Source: an uncultured Nitrososphaerota archaeon
Lineage (GTDB): Archaea > Thermoproteota > Nitrososphaeria > Nitrososphaerales > CADDZS01
Direction of reading: 5' to 3'
Length of the DNA: 64,000 nucleotides
Assembly (NCBI GenBank): GCA_963799845.1
Contig: CAWCYI010000006.1
Location: 832,001 to 896,000, forward strand
In this document: positions 54,881 to 64,000 of the stretch, in pieces
Layout of the letters: each line of letters starts with the position of its first letter
How positions within the stretch are numbered: the first letter of the stretch is position 1
Made by a program: the position numbers and the translations under genes
The notes under the pieces: generated by a model
What the model was told of the DNA's origin: nothing
Database searches by the model: none
The model's input: the letters and a program-made list of their open reading frames with translations, nothing else

Positions 54881-55987
54881 TCAGCTGCTAATGAAGAAGC
54901 ATTGAATTAGGGCAGGGCTGGTGAGATTATTGTTAATGAAGGTTAACACCTCCCACTCGCCAAGGTCGCTTGCTGCAGGATATCCGTTTATGTCTATAGT
55001 CGCAGCGGCATTGAAAGCTGGAACCGGGCCTGTGATGTTGCCTGCATTGACAGTAGCATAGCCAGCTCCCTGTGGTGTAATGATGTTAAAAGTAACGTTG
55101 TAGCTACCCGAACCCACATTTGTAAATAAAACATAGAGATTAGCTTCCGTGCTGTTCGAAGTGTAATATAGTGTGCTGTTTATCGGGTAACCGTTAGAGT
55201 CGAATGAAGGCACCACCTCATTCTCCGAAATTGTCAGTGGTGAGATATAAGTGCCGACACGAAATGGCACAGTCAAGAAATTAGCACCACCGACATAGAC
55301 CAGTACATACCATGCCCCTGTTACGTTCGCAACTGATGTGCCTGCTAGAGGCATGTTGGCATATCCAGCATCCCACGGGTACCCGGTCGGAAGGCTGCCT
55401 CCTGTCGATTGATAATATTCTGAACCGTTTGGAAGGTACCAGTAGAAATCTATGCTCTCAGAAATTTGAACATTAGTAAAGTTCACCCATATGTAAACAT
55501 CTGGGGTTTGAGCAGTGAAAGACGATGTCTCGTTGATAGGCGCAAGCGATGTCGAATTAACGCCCAGCGCGGTTGCCTCACCACTTATTCCCAACACGAA
55601 AGTTAAGCTAGATGAAGAGGAATTAGATGTCGAAGAGCTTGACGTAGATGAAACGTTCGAGCTTGATGATGAACTCGAGCTTGATGATGATGAACTCGAG
55701 CTAGTCAAAATAAGCGATGATGAGGAAGAGGAAGTGACAACAGATGAACTGACCCCGACCGAAGAACTTGATGCGGATGAGGACGAGATTGTAGAAGGTG
55801 AACTGGAACTAGACGAAGATGAGCTTGAAGAAAGGGAGGAGCTAGAGGAGGAAGAACTTGATGAGGAAGTAGACGTAGAGGGCCTCGTCGCAAAGTAAAT
55901 ACCGGCACTAGCGATTAGAATTACTATAATGACAACTACCGCGACAATACTTGTGGCGATTGCTGTTTTCTTCCTTGAAATTTCCAT
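54881..55987 (-). CDS. Membrane-anchored Ser-rich surface protein with two Ig-like domains
   Basis: RKKTA/IATSIVAVVVII class III-like signal, poly-Ser stalk, many NxS/T sequons. Confidence 0.75.
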   Translation of the reverse strand: MEISRKKTAIATSIVAVVVIIVILIASAGIYFATRPSTSTSSSSSSSSSSSLSSSSSSSSSSSPSTISSSSASSSSVGVSSSVVTSSSSSSLILTSSSSSSSSSSSSSSSNVSSTSSSSTSNSSSSSLTFVLGISGEATALGVNSTSLAPINETSSFTAQTPDVYIWVNFTNVQISESIDFYWYLPNGSEYYQSTGGSLPTGYPWDAGYANMPLAGTSVANVTGAWYVLVYVGGANFLTVPFRVGTYISPLTISENEVVPSFDSNGYPINSTLYYTSNSTEANLYVLFTNVGSGSYNVTFNIITPQGAGYATVNAGNITGPVPAFNAAATIDINGYPAASDLGEWEVLTFINNNLTSPALIQCFFISS

Positions 55988-56323
55988 CGATACCGGCGGC
56001 AAATTTTGCCCCAGAAGTATGATTATTAAGGATTTCCACAGGTGTACCTGCGGTGACCGGTTCCACACTCGCCGTACTTATGCCAGATAGTAAACTCAAT
56101 GCAGCAATCATTCATCTTAGTCTTACTTAGTGCTAAATTTGGAAAAGTAGTAAAGAATGAGTATCGACTATTGGAGATATTCTGTTTTCGTACTCTCTCG
56201 GAGAAGATCAATTCCCCAAGCGTCCGGTGCATCACGATTTGTGGGACATGTCACTCATCATGGTGGGATGATTCACAATAGTTATTACCCACTTGATATC
56301 CTATGTAGGTGGGAAAGGAAACA

Positions 56324-56638
56324 ATGTCTATTACAGTGACTGAAAGACAGTTGGACGAAAAGCATCGGATCACCGTACCTGCTAACTTTGCTTCAAATCT
56401 GAAGGAGGGAGGCAAGGTAATCATTGTTAGTTATGAAGATCAGGCGGTCATAATTACACAAGATAAACGGGTCGCTGACGAACTTTTCGCTCAGCTTCGC
56501 CAGAATGAAGTCAAGCGCAAGATGGGAGCGCTAGACGAGTGGGAGAACTTGATTGACAAGGCCGGACTCTCAAAACTAACAGCGCGGAATATAGACCGGG
56601 CCGTGGAAAAGGCCATCAGGAGACCGAAGAAGCTCTAG
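56324..56638 (+). CDS. AbrB/MraZ-like antitoxin
   Basis: RQLDEKHRITVP. Confidence 0.7.
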   Translation: MSITVTERQLDEKHRITVPANFASNLKEGGKVIIVSYEDQAVIITQDKRVADELFAQLRQNEVKRKMGALDEWENLIDKAGLSKLTARNIDRAVEKAIRRPKKL

Positions 56639-57079
56639 ATGTCGAGCAACGATGGTATGCGCGAGATCGTCGTTGACACATCTGCTTTTTTCGCAAAGAT
56701 CACTGACTTGAGAAATATTATCATCGAAGGAAAGACCAAGCTTTCCACGGTAGACCTGGTCGTTTTCGAGTTTGCAAAATTAATGCAAGCAGAGCTGAGG
56801 GAAGCCGCGAAAACGAAAAGAGGTGAGAGGAAGAAGATGCTGGTTGCAGTAAGAGATCGCTTTCCTGGGCTACTCGCTGATCTTGGAATCGAAATCAAAT
56901 CCCCGGTTTTTGCTTGGGACGACCTGTCAATGCTCTACGATGAAATTGCAAAAGGACAAGATGCCGGGGACTGCATGATTTGGCTGAAGATGCAGAAAAT
57001 AGGATTAAAATCGATACTGACTCAGAACACTGCCGACTGGAAAAAGCTCGGTGCTGCAGTGATGTCTCTGTCACCATAG
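56639..57079 (+). CDS. PIN-domain toxin
   Basis: IVVDTSAF, VFEF, DAGDCMI, ILTQN..DW. Confidence 0.75.
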   Translation: MSSNDGMREIVVDTSAFFAKITDLRNIIIEGKTKLSTVDLVVFEFAKLMQAELREAAKTKRGERKKMLVAVRDRFPGLLADLGIEIKSPVFAWDDLSMLYDEIAKGQDAGDCMIWLKMQKIGLKSILTQNTADWKKLGAAVMSLSP

Positions 57080-57370
57080 AAATTTAATTCCGTACCCGTC
57101 CTACGAATGCGATTGGATGCCAGCTGATGGAAATCTACATCGTCATGAATGGAAACTAGACTCTCTACGAGAATCCGCGAAGAGAATCCGAGAGAGAATA
57201 GTCAATCTTCGTCGAATAGTTGGCTCACCCAACCAAATCGCTTACGCGCGCGCGCGCTGAAAATAAAGCACTACTACGAAGAGTTCGACGACGGACACAT
57301 GAATATCCAGTATAGGTACGACACCTCTCTTCCCATGATTTACAAAGCTTTGACCTATCCAACGTAATAA

Positions 57371-57640
57371 TCAGAGCATCCTCCCAAAGTCGTCATACAC
57401 CTTGCTTCTGTGTCCAACAAAAAGCACTATGACCAAGTTGTCCTTTCTTTCAATCGAGTATATTGCCCTGTAATCGCCGATTCTAATTTTCCAGTATTCG
57501 GATGGATGCAGAGGTTCTCCCTTAGTTTCTGGGGAGTCCTCCAGTTCATTCAGAGCGGACTTTATTCGCCCCCGAATGATGCTGTCGATCTTGTTAAGGG
57601 ACTTTGCCGCCCGCGGATCGAGCATGACCTTGAATTTCAA
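57371..57640 (-). CDS. RelE-family toxin
   Basis: WKIRIGDYRAIY, VGHRSKVY. Confidence 0.9.
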   Translation of the reverse strand: MKFKVMLDPRAAKSLNKIDSIIRGRIKSALNELEDSPETKGEPLHPSEYWKIRIGDYRAIYSIERKDNLVIVLFVGHRSKVYDDFGRML

Positions 57641-57864
57641 GGAATCTTTTTGAGCGGTACTAGTCTTTCCGGCTTTTCTCTCGCTTCCTTGCTCCGAGCT
57701 TCGAGCATTTCATAGAATTTTCTCGTTTTCTCTCTCTCTGTGTACAGAGAGACAATAGCCTTGATAGCTTCACTCCTGTTCACAAACTTCCCCTCGCCCA
57801 CCCACTTGTCCAATTGTCGTGCCAGCTCTTCCGGGAGTCTTACCTGAACCTGGACAGTAGTCAT
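57637..57864 (-). CDS. RHH antitoxin
   Basis: VQVRLPEEL...GKFVNRSEAI. Confidence 0.85.
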   Translation of the reverse strand: MTTVQVQVRLPEELARQLDKWVGEGKFVNRSEAIKAIVSLYTEREKTRKFYEMLEARSKEAREKPERLVPLKKIP

Positions 57865-57947
57865 ACGGCGTAAACATAGCTGTTTACAGGCTAAAAAGAT
57901 TTCCCGGGATTCTGAAGTAAGTGATTTGATCTCATTTTAATTGGAAA

Positions 57948-57987
57948 CGAGCTTTTCCAAGCTCTTCTGAGCTTACAGAGCTCGGTT
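57948..57987 (+). repeat. AGCT-phased dispersed repeat, copy C
   Basis: caagctcttctgagcttacagagct identical to 20330-20354. Confidence 0.85.
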
Positions 57988-58142
57988 TCTCGAAGAATTT
58001 ACGCGTATCTGGGCGACATACCTTGGGGATTCTACTCACGATCAATGTCTGGGAACTTTCAAACTCAAGATCACTTGAGAATTCTTACGAAACCACTAAC
58101 CTAAAAAGAATCGCGTAAGATACATCTTACGACTCGATCATC

Positions 58143-58415
58143 ATGGCACTTGACTTTACTAGGTTGTCGGAGAAGGGCCAGGTTGTAATTCCAAGCGAGA
58201 TGAGGAAGAGAATGAAGCTGAAGGAAGGCACGCGGTTCGTCATTCTAGGTCTTGAGGATACGATAGTGTTGAGGCGTGTGCAGTTATCGGCAGAGAAGAG
58301 CGCCTTAAGAAAAACCTTGACGAGATTTCGAACAGTTGCGCAAAAATCGGGATTTAGCGGACTTGAAATTGCGCGAATCATCGAAGCTTCCAGAAAGAGC
58401 GTTCACTGTATCTAG
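58143..58415 (+). CDS. AbrB/MazE-family DNA-binding protein
   Basis: LSEKGQVVIPSEMR. Confidence 0.85.
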   Translation: MALDFTRLSEKGQVVIPSEMRKRMKLKEGTRFVILGLEDTIVLRRVQLSAEKSALRKTLTRFRTVAQKSGFSGLEIARIIEASRKSVHCI

Positions 58416-58420
58416 TATAC

Positions 58421-58750
58421 TTGGTGGAGAAAGTGTCCGAAACAATAAAGGTTTCAAAGCAAACGAAGCAGTCGCTTATCAAAATTGCAGCCAGACTGCA
58501 AGAGGATACTGGAAAGAGGGTTGACTTCGACGAGGCAATCCAACACTTCATGTCTCTCACCGAGAAGAGACCTGACCTATTGAACAAGGTATTCGGTTCT
58601 GTTCCAAAATTGAATATTCAAGACCTGTACAAGGAGAGGCAAATCGATGAGCTCAGAGCCAAGCGGAAATATCCATTTCTTCTTGACTCGCAGGGAATGG
58701 ATCGGGGATACCCCCCTAAACTGCCAGAACGACCTCGAGCATTTCTTTGA
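58421..58750 (+). CDS. VapB-like antitoxin, toxin partner apparently lost
   Basis: ETIKVSKQTK..LIKIAARLQ...RVDFDEAI. Confidence 0.65.
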   Translation: MVEKVSETIKVSKQTKQSLIKIAARLQEDTGKRVDFDEAIQHFMSLTEKRPDLLNKVFGSVPKLNIQDLYKERQIDELRAKRKYPFLLDSQGMDRGYPPKLPERPRAFL

Positions 58751-59126
58751 CGGGAAGAATCTTGATTCCTCTGAACTGTTTGAAATCAAGTAGATGTTGG
58801 TCTCCGGATACTATGTAATCTGCCTTTCCTTCATGGGCTGAAGCGAGGACTACGTTGTCATCAGGATCTTCCTTGATAATGCCGAGTGGTTCGTTAATGG
58901 TCACGATCAAAGATTTGCTCGCGACAATTGAGACAAACAAGTTCATCTGATCTTTCTCTATTTCCCGGAACTTTTCTCTTGACAGTACGTCAAGTAGTTC
59001 GGCTAGCATTTCCCACGAGGATATCACTATATGATTCTTGAGTAATTCTAATACCAAACGGCGTGGATTACCGTGACCGACGATCGCTGAGACGAGCACA
59101 TTCGTATCCAGTACGACTCTTAGCAT
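58716..59126 (-). CDS. PIN-family putative toxin
   Basis: VVLDTNVLVSA, DPDDN, ADYIVSGDQHLL. Confidence 0.9.
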   Translation of the reverse strand: MLRVVLDTNVLVSAIVGHGNPRRLVLELLKNHIVISSWEMLAELLDVLSREKFREIEKDQMNLFVSIVASKSLIVTINEPLGIIKEDPDDNVVLASAHEGKADYIVSGDQHLLDFKQFRGIKILPVKEMLEVVLAV

Positions 59127-59414
59127 TCAGCGCGCCTTGGCCATTCGTGCTTCTTTCCTGAAGGCCTGAATCTCTTTTAGTATCTCCTTTTCTGTAGGCT
59201 TCTTCTTTCCTCTGTACTGTTCATCAATTTGAACGAATGTGGCATTCAGTTTCTCATCGAGGGACGGTACGTCTAGTTTTGTTAATACCAATTTGTTTCC
59301 CCTCCTGTAGATTGCGATCCGATTATTCGGCTTAATGTTCAACTTGGTTCTCAGACGCTGCGGGATTACAATCTGACCCTTTGTTCCCACTACTGCTATT
59401 TCTGGTTCTGACAA
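59127..59414 (-). CDS. AbrB-family antitoxin
   Basis: VGTKGQIVIPQRLR. Confidence 0.85.
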   Translation of the reverse strand: MSEPEIAVVGTKGQIVIPQRLRTKLNIKPNNRIAIYRRGNKLVLTKLDVPSLDEKLNATFVQIDEQYRGKKKPTEKEILKEIQAFRKEARMAKAR

Positions 59415-60388
59415 TTTCGCGCAAGTATGATTTTCATACTTCCTCCATAAAATAGTTTCCTAACTATTGAAGCTCGTTTTCATCCCACGAATTCATTAGT
59501 GGGAGGACGCAACCAAACGACCGATCCTTCAATTTCAGCTTGATGGCGTGAACCAACGCCATAAAGGCGAAGGTGTTTATCCTCGGGAGAAAAACGAGGA
59601 GTGAAACCTTGACACGTCCCGCGAAGACACCCGAAGAAGTGGCTATTCACAATGAGACAAAGAAAACCACGGAATTCCTCAAGAGAATCAAGCAAGTGAA
59701 ACTCGATCCGGCAATCAGGAGTTACTCTGACCTGGTATCCGGGCTTTTCGAGAACTCTCAGTGGATGTTCGTTCGCAGTCAGCATGTCTCGGCGCGTTTC
59801 TCAGATGAGGAGGAATTGAAGAAGCATTTCAAGAACGAAGCACACAGTCTTTCGAAGTTTGGTCGATCTCAGTCTATGTACGATTAGGATTACCTTGTTT
59901 GGAAGGATATCTCGGGATCGGAATCCTAGGATGGGTCCTAACTGAAAAGTACGCTGTGGGTGTCATGCACATCGGCTGGGCTATTGCCGGCTCGATCATG
60001 TTTACTGTTTTCTGCTACAGTGATTTCTTTCGGAACGATCTCCCTTTATGAAAAGGAATTGAATCTAGAATCTCGAAGAGAATCCACGAAAGAGAATAGA
60101 TTCTGTCTGCGTTTCGGTTGAATAGATAACAATCGAATACAAGATTTTCCGAAATCGCAAACCGGCATGAGCTCTGGCCGCAACTGATACAGACACGACC
60201 GTTACGGGATCTACGATCTCAACTTCTCGTATTCGTTCTACATCGACTACGACAACCGCCACGACGGGCCTCTCGTAGCCATCGCTCAAACGCTGGGCAT
60301 CATATTTCCGCACAGATTGCTGAAATATTAGTTAACAGGATTAACCTTTGAGATCAGATTTGCAAAGCACCTGCAATATCTTAATTGA

Positions 60389-61796
60389 TTGACTCTACGA
60401 AAAATTGGCAACGATTTGTCTACTAATCTCCCCTTGACTACAACGCTTTACTTCGACAAGGGTAGCATAGTTGTGAGAGGACAGTTTGGAGTTCCCAACG
60501 CTGTGTGGGATGAAAGAATCAGAGCCTTCCGGACCCAAGCTTTTCACTACAAAGAAATACTCAATTATCTGGACCAAAGCCGCCTCCAATTTCAGGACAA
60601 CGTGCAGGATTTAGTGCCGTGCCCGCACCTGAGTTGTGACGCGCTCCTCCTTAGAGGTTACCAGAAAAAGGCTCTGAAATCTTGGGAAAGTGCCGGCGGG
60701 CGAGGGGTGATAGTTCTTCCAACTGGAGCGGGCAAGACCGTAGTCGCCCTAAAGGCAATCGAGCTCGTAAACAAGCCAACCATAGTGATCGTTCCCACGC
60801 TAGACCTCTTAGAGCAGTGGAGGAAGAGGATCAGCAAGGAGTTCAACATCGAGACTGGAGTCCTCGGCGGAGGTGAAAATATCATCAGGGCTGTTACCGT
60901 TTCAACCTATGACTCGGCATATCTCAGGGCGGGAGAGATCGGCAACAAGTTCAGCCTGCTTGTCGCGGATGAAGTCCACCATATCGCATCCGAAGGATAT
61001 AGACAGATCGCTGAGATGTTCAGCGCTCCATTCAGGATGGGTCTCACCGCGACACTCGAGCGAGAGGACCTTCTTCACAACGATATTCCAAGGCTCATGG
61101 GAGGGACAGTCTTCAGGCTTGAACCAGAAGACCTTGCCGGCCGATATCTATCGGATTACTCTCTTGAAAAAATAAATGTGGATCTCTCAGACGAAGAGAG
61201 GGAAACGTACACAAGACACCACAAGATATTCACTGACTTTCTTGCCTCAAGAAAGATTCGGATTTCGAGTCCCCTTGAGTTCCAGCGCTTCATAATGAGA
61301 AGCGCTTCGGATAGAGAGGCTAGAAAAGCTCTACTTGCAAGAAACAAAGCGCTTGAGATTTCACTCAACTCTGACGCAAAAATAGAGGCCCTTGAAAAGA
61401 TCTTGCAGTCGAATCCAAATGAAAGAATACTGATTTTCACCCAGCACAATCAATTGGTGTACAAGATTTCAAGGAGATTTCTTCTCCCGTACATCACTTA
61501 CAGGACAGACAAAGATGAGAGGCACAAAATCCTTGACGGCTTCAGAGACGGTAGCTACAGGGCGATTGTGACCTCCAAAGTCCTGGATGAAGGAATAGAC
61601 GTCCCGGAAGCTTCCCTAGGGATAATACTGAGCGGGTCGGGTAGCTCGCGGGAGTTCGTCCAAAGGCTCGGAAGATTGCTCAGGAAGAAGGAAGGAAAGG
61701 GTAAAGCTGAAGCTTATCGAGTTGGTCTCGAGAGAGACTTCCGAGGTTTCCACGAGTTCAAGAAGGAAAACAAAGAGGTCGAGAGAAAGTAAATGA
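60389..61796 (+). CDS. xpb: XPB/Rad25-like SF2 helicase (apparent +1 frameshift ~61709)
   Basis: LPTGAGKT, DEVHH, GLTAT.ERED, QRLGRLLR; the shifted frame gives KLIELVSRETSE..SRRK*. Confidence 0.9.
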
Positions 61797-61884
61797 GGAA
61801 AAAATCGAAGTTTCAGAAAGAGAAATGGCGTCGACTCAACTCTAATGAAGCAATGATATTCAGTTAGAAACCGGTTCTTGAACG

Positions 61885-63546
61885 ATGCTTCCATCTCCTC
61901 TTCTACGAGCCCGCGTATCGAAGGGAAGGCTGAGCCCTAAATATGTGACATTAAACGATGAAACAAACGCGCTGTCTAAGAGCGTCATCAACTCATACGA
62001 AGCCAGCACCGGGAAGAAGAAAGAGCACCTCCTTCGGATGCTCAAGGAGCTCGAAGAAAAGGAGCCTGATTACAAGCTTGTCAGGGGATTGGCGGAGCTT
62101 TTGGAGAGACGATGCAACTATCTTATCGAGAGCCCGATAGATCCAAAACATGCTAGGGACCTAACTTTCAGAGAAGCGAGCAAAAGAAGAGCCGTCAGCT
62201 TTCCAGAACGGAGCCAGGTCATTCAAGATGTTAGCGATAAGCTAAAGGTAGATCCGAATGACATTGAGAATTCTTTGTGGAAGGATCTAGAGGAAGAACA
62301 GATACTGGAAGGATTTTTGACTATCGACTCCAAGACGCTCATCAAACAGTACAACTTTGCCCTAGCTCAGACAGCTCTTTTCAAAAGCACGAAGATGGAG
62401 TTCACGGCCAGCGGCAACTGGAAGAACATTTTCAGAGACCTAAAATATCTTGGTCTCATGTACGCCGTAGAAAGGAAGAAGGGTAATGACGATGGAAAGA
62501 TAAATGAGGAGGGATACACCGTCTCGATTGAGGGTCCACTATCTCTTTTCAAACTAACCGATAGGTATGGCACTTCATACGCCAAACTCTTGAATCAAAT
62601 TATCCTCAGTGATTCGTGGAGCTTCAAAGCAGAGCTCTTTGACAGAATCAGGAATAGAATCCTTTACTTTGAAGAGGATAGCGGAAGTGTTTTTGGGTTG
62701 TTCGAATCGAACTGGACACCTACCGAACCAACCAAGTATGACGGTGCGGCGATTGTGTCATCGCCAAAGAAATCGCCATTCATGTTTCAGCGGCAAAACA
62801 TTCATCTTTATGACAGCAAGGTCGAAGAAAAATTTGCATCCGGATTCAACGCCCTGAGAACAGGATGGGCGCTCAAAAGAGAGCCGGAGCCATTGGTTGC
62901 GGGAAGCCATGTACTTATTCCGGATTTTAGTTTTGAGAAGGAAGGCCTGAAGGTCTATCTCGAAATTGTCGGATTCTGGACAACAGATTACCTTGAACGC
63001 AAGCTTGCAAAGCTTTCCTCCCTTTCGCCAGATATTGAAATGATCGTCGCGGCAGACGAAAGTCTCGCCTGCTCAACGAAATTTGAAAGAATTAAACAAA
63101 ATAGTAAAAGGCTGTTGTTATTTTATTCCAAGGTGGTTCCAATCTCCCCTATACTAGGCTATCTAAATGGGTTGGACGCGGTAGCGAGAAAAAGACGGGT
63201 TGAGATCCTTCGCAAGGAGAGGTTCGAGTTCCATGAAGATATCATCACTATCAAGCGTCTTGCAGACGAACGTCAAGTTTCTCTGGAAAGTATGAACGAG
63301 ACATTCTCTCAAATCCGGATAGATGGATACGCAAAAATTGGAGATTATTTGGTGAGTCTATCTAAAATTTCCAAATTGAAAAGAGAGCTGAGAGCTCTTG
63401 GAGATGACTCCAGTCTAGCCCGTGCGGTAGAGATGATCGAATCTGAAGGGCTGCAGAATCCTCAACAAGTGCTCAGCACTCTCGGTTACACCATAGACTG
63501 GCAAGGATTAGACTACGAAAAAAGTAAGATAAGGTTGGCTAATTGA
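61885..63546 (+). CDS. bax1: Bax1 / DUF790 endonuclease
   Basis: MLPSPLL, GPLSLFK.TDRYG, YDSKVEEKF, IPDF, LEIVGFWT; downstream of XPB. Confidence 0.88.
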   Translation: MLPSPLLRARVSKGRLSPKYVTLNDETNALSKSVINSYEASTGKKKEHLLRMLKELEEKEPDYKLVRGLAELLERRCNYLIESPIDPKHARDLTFREASKRRAVSFPERSQVIQDVSDKLKVDPNDIENSLWKDLEEEQILEGFLTIDSKTLIKQYNFALAQTALFKSTKMEFTASGNWKNIFRDLKYLGLMYAVERKKGNDDGKINEEGYTVSIEGPLSLFKLTDRYGTSYAKLLNQIILSDSWSFKAELFDRIRNRILYFEEDSGSVFGLFESNWTPTEPTKYDGAAIVSSPKKSPFMFQRQNIHLYDSKVEEKFASGFNALRTGWALKREPEPLVAGSHVLIPDFSFEKEGLKVYLEIVGFWTTDYLERKLAKLSSLSPDIEMIVAADESLACSTKFERIKQNSKRLLLFYSKVVPISPILGYLNGLDAVARKRRVEILRKERFEFHEDIITIKRLADERQVSLESMNETFSQIRIDGYAKIGDYLVSLSKISKLKRELRALGDDSSLARAVEMIESEGLQNPQQVLSTLGYTIDWQGLDYEKSKIRLAN

Positions 63547-63628
63547 AAGTGTTTGACATTTGAAGAAAATATATCCTCGTGAACTTGAGAACGATTGAAC
63601 TAAGGGTCAACATAGCGGACGAAACTGA

Positions 63629-64000
63629 ATGCCCAAATACCTCTGTAGAACTTGTGGCGTGCAAATTGAGGAAGCAAGAGAACCGCCAGATAGCTGCCAG
63701 ATTTGCACGGACGATAGACAGTACGTGGGGCGGGATGGTCAGCAATGGACTACTCTTGAGAAGTTGAGACAGAGTGGATTCAAAAACAGAATCGAAGCGG
63801 TAGACGACGAACTCTATAAAATAATCACCGACCCCTCCTTCGGAATCGGCCAGAGAGCTTTTCTAGTTAGAACGAGATCAGGCAATCTCCTTTGGGATTG
63901 CATCTCATACTTAGACGATGAAACCGTAACATCGGTTAAGAAACTCGGTGGAATAGATGCCATCGCGATATCCCATCCGCACTACTATTCGTCCATGATT
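63629..64000 (+). CDS. MBL-fold metallo-hydrolase (partial, runs off the window; absent from the ORF track)
   Basis: MPKYLCRTCG...CQICTDDRQYV...FGIGQRAFL...LWDC...IAISHPHYY. Confidence 0.85.
   Translation, partial: MPKYLCRTCGVQIEEAREPPDSCQICTDDRQYVGRDGQQWTTLEKLRQSGFKNRIEAVDDELYKIITDPSFGIGQRAFLVRTRSGNLLWDCISYLDDETVTSVKKLGGIDAIAISHPHYYSSMI

Noticed and set aside
55515-55898. Highly acidic 127-aa ORF
   Set aside because: Antisense shadow of the poly-Ser stalk on the minus strand.
59480-60313. Short ORFs between the TA cluster and XPB
   Set aside because: Overlapping alternatives on both strands with no recognisable motif.
60389-63546. Helicase-nuclease pair as a novel defence system
   Set aside because: Matches the known archaeal XPB-Bax1 repair pair.

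Overview
Archaeal chromosomal window. XPB-Bax1, an ISH3-type IS, a DUF2683/RelE pair and class III-like signal peptides point to archaea; a heterotrophic Nitrososphaerota-like host is an inference. Layout: 1-15.5 kb is an accessory region with a truncated nitrile hydratase alpha fused to a PPK2 fragment, a PD-(D/E)XK nuclease, a GH27 glycosidase, an MFS transporter, TA modules, a DIP1984-like gene followed by a candidate ~400-nt structured RNA, and a nest of tnpB, ISH3 and IS630 elements. 15.6-42 kb is catabolic: LLM oxidoreductase, CoxL/Xdh-like subunit, G1 peptidase, family 5 SBP, two amidohydrolases, and a cluster of APC permease, divergent GcvPA/PB, GlcD/F/G-like genes and ETF. 43-56 kb holds modular secreted proteins plus an IS481. 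56-59.4 kb is a TA cluster, and 60-64 kb encodes XPB, Bax1 and a partial MBL-fold gene. No rRNA, tRNA or CRISPR array was recognised. Many genes carry single-base frameshifts, most of them at AGCT, so they are probably sequencing artefacts. All family calls are from motif recognition by eye, not database searches.
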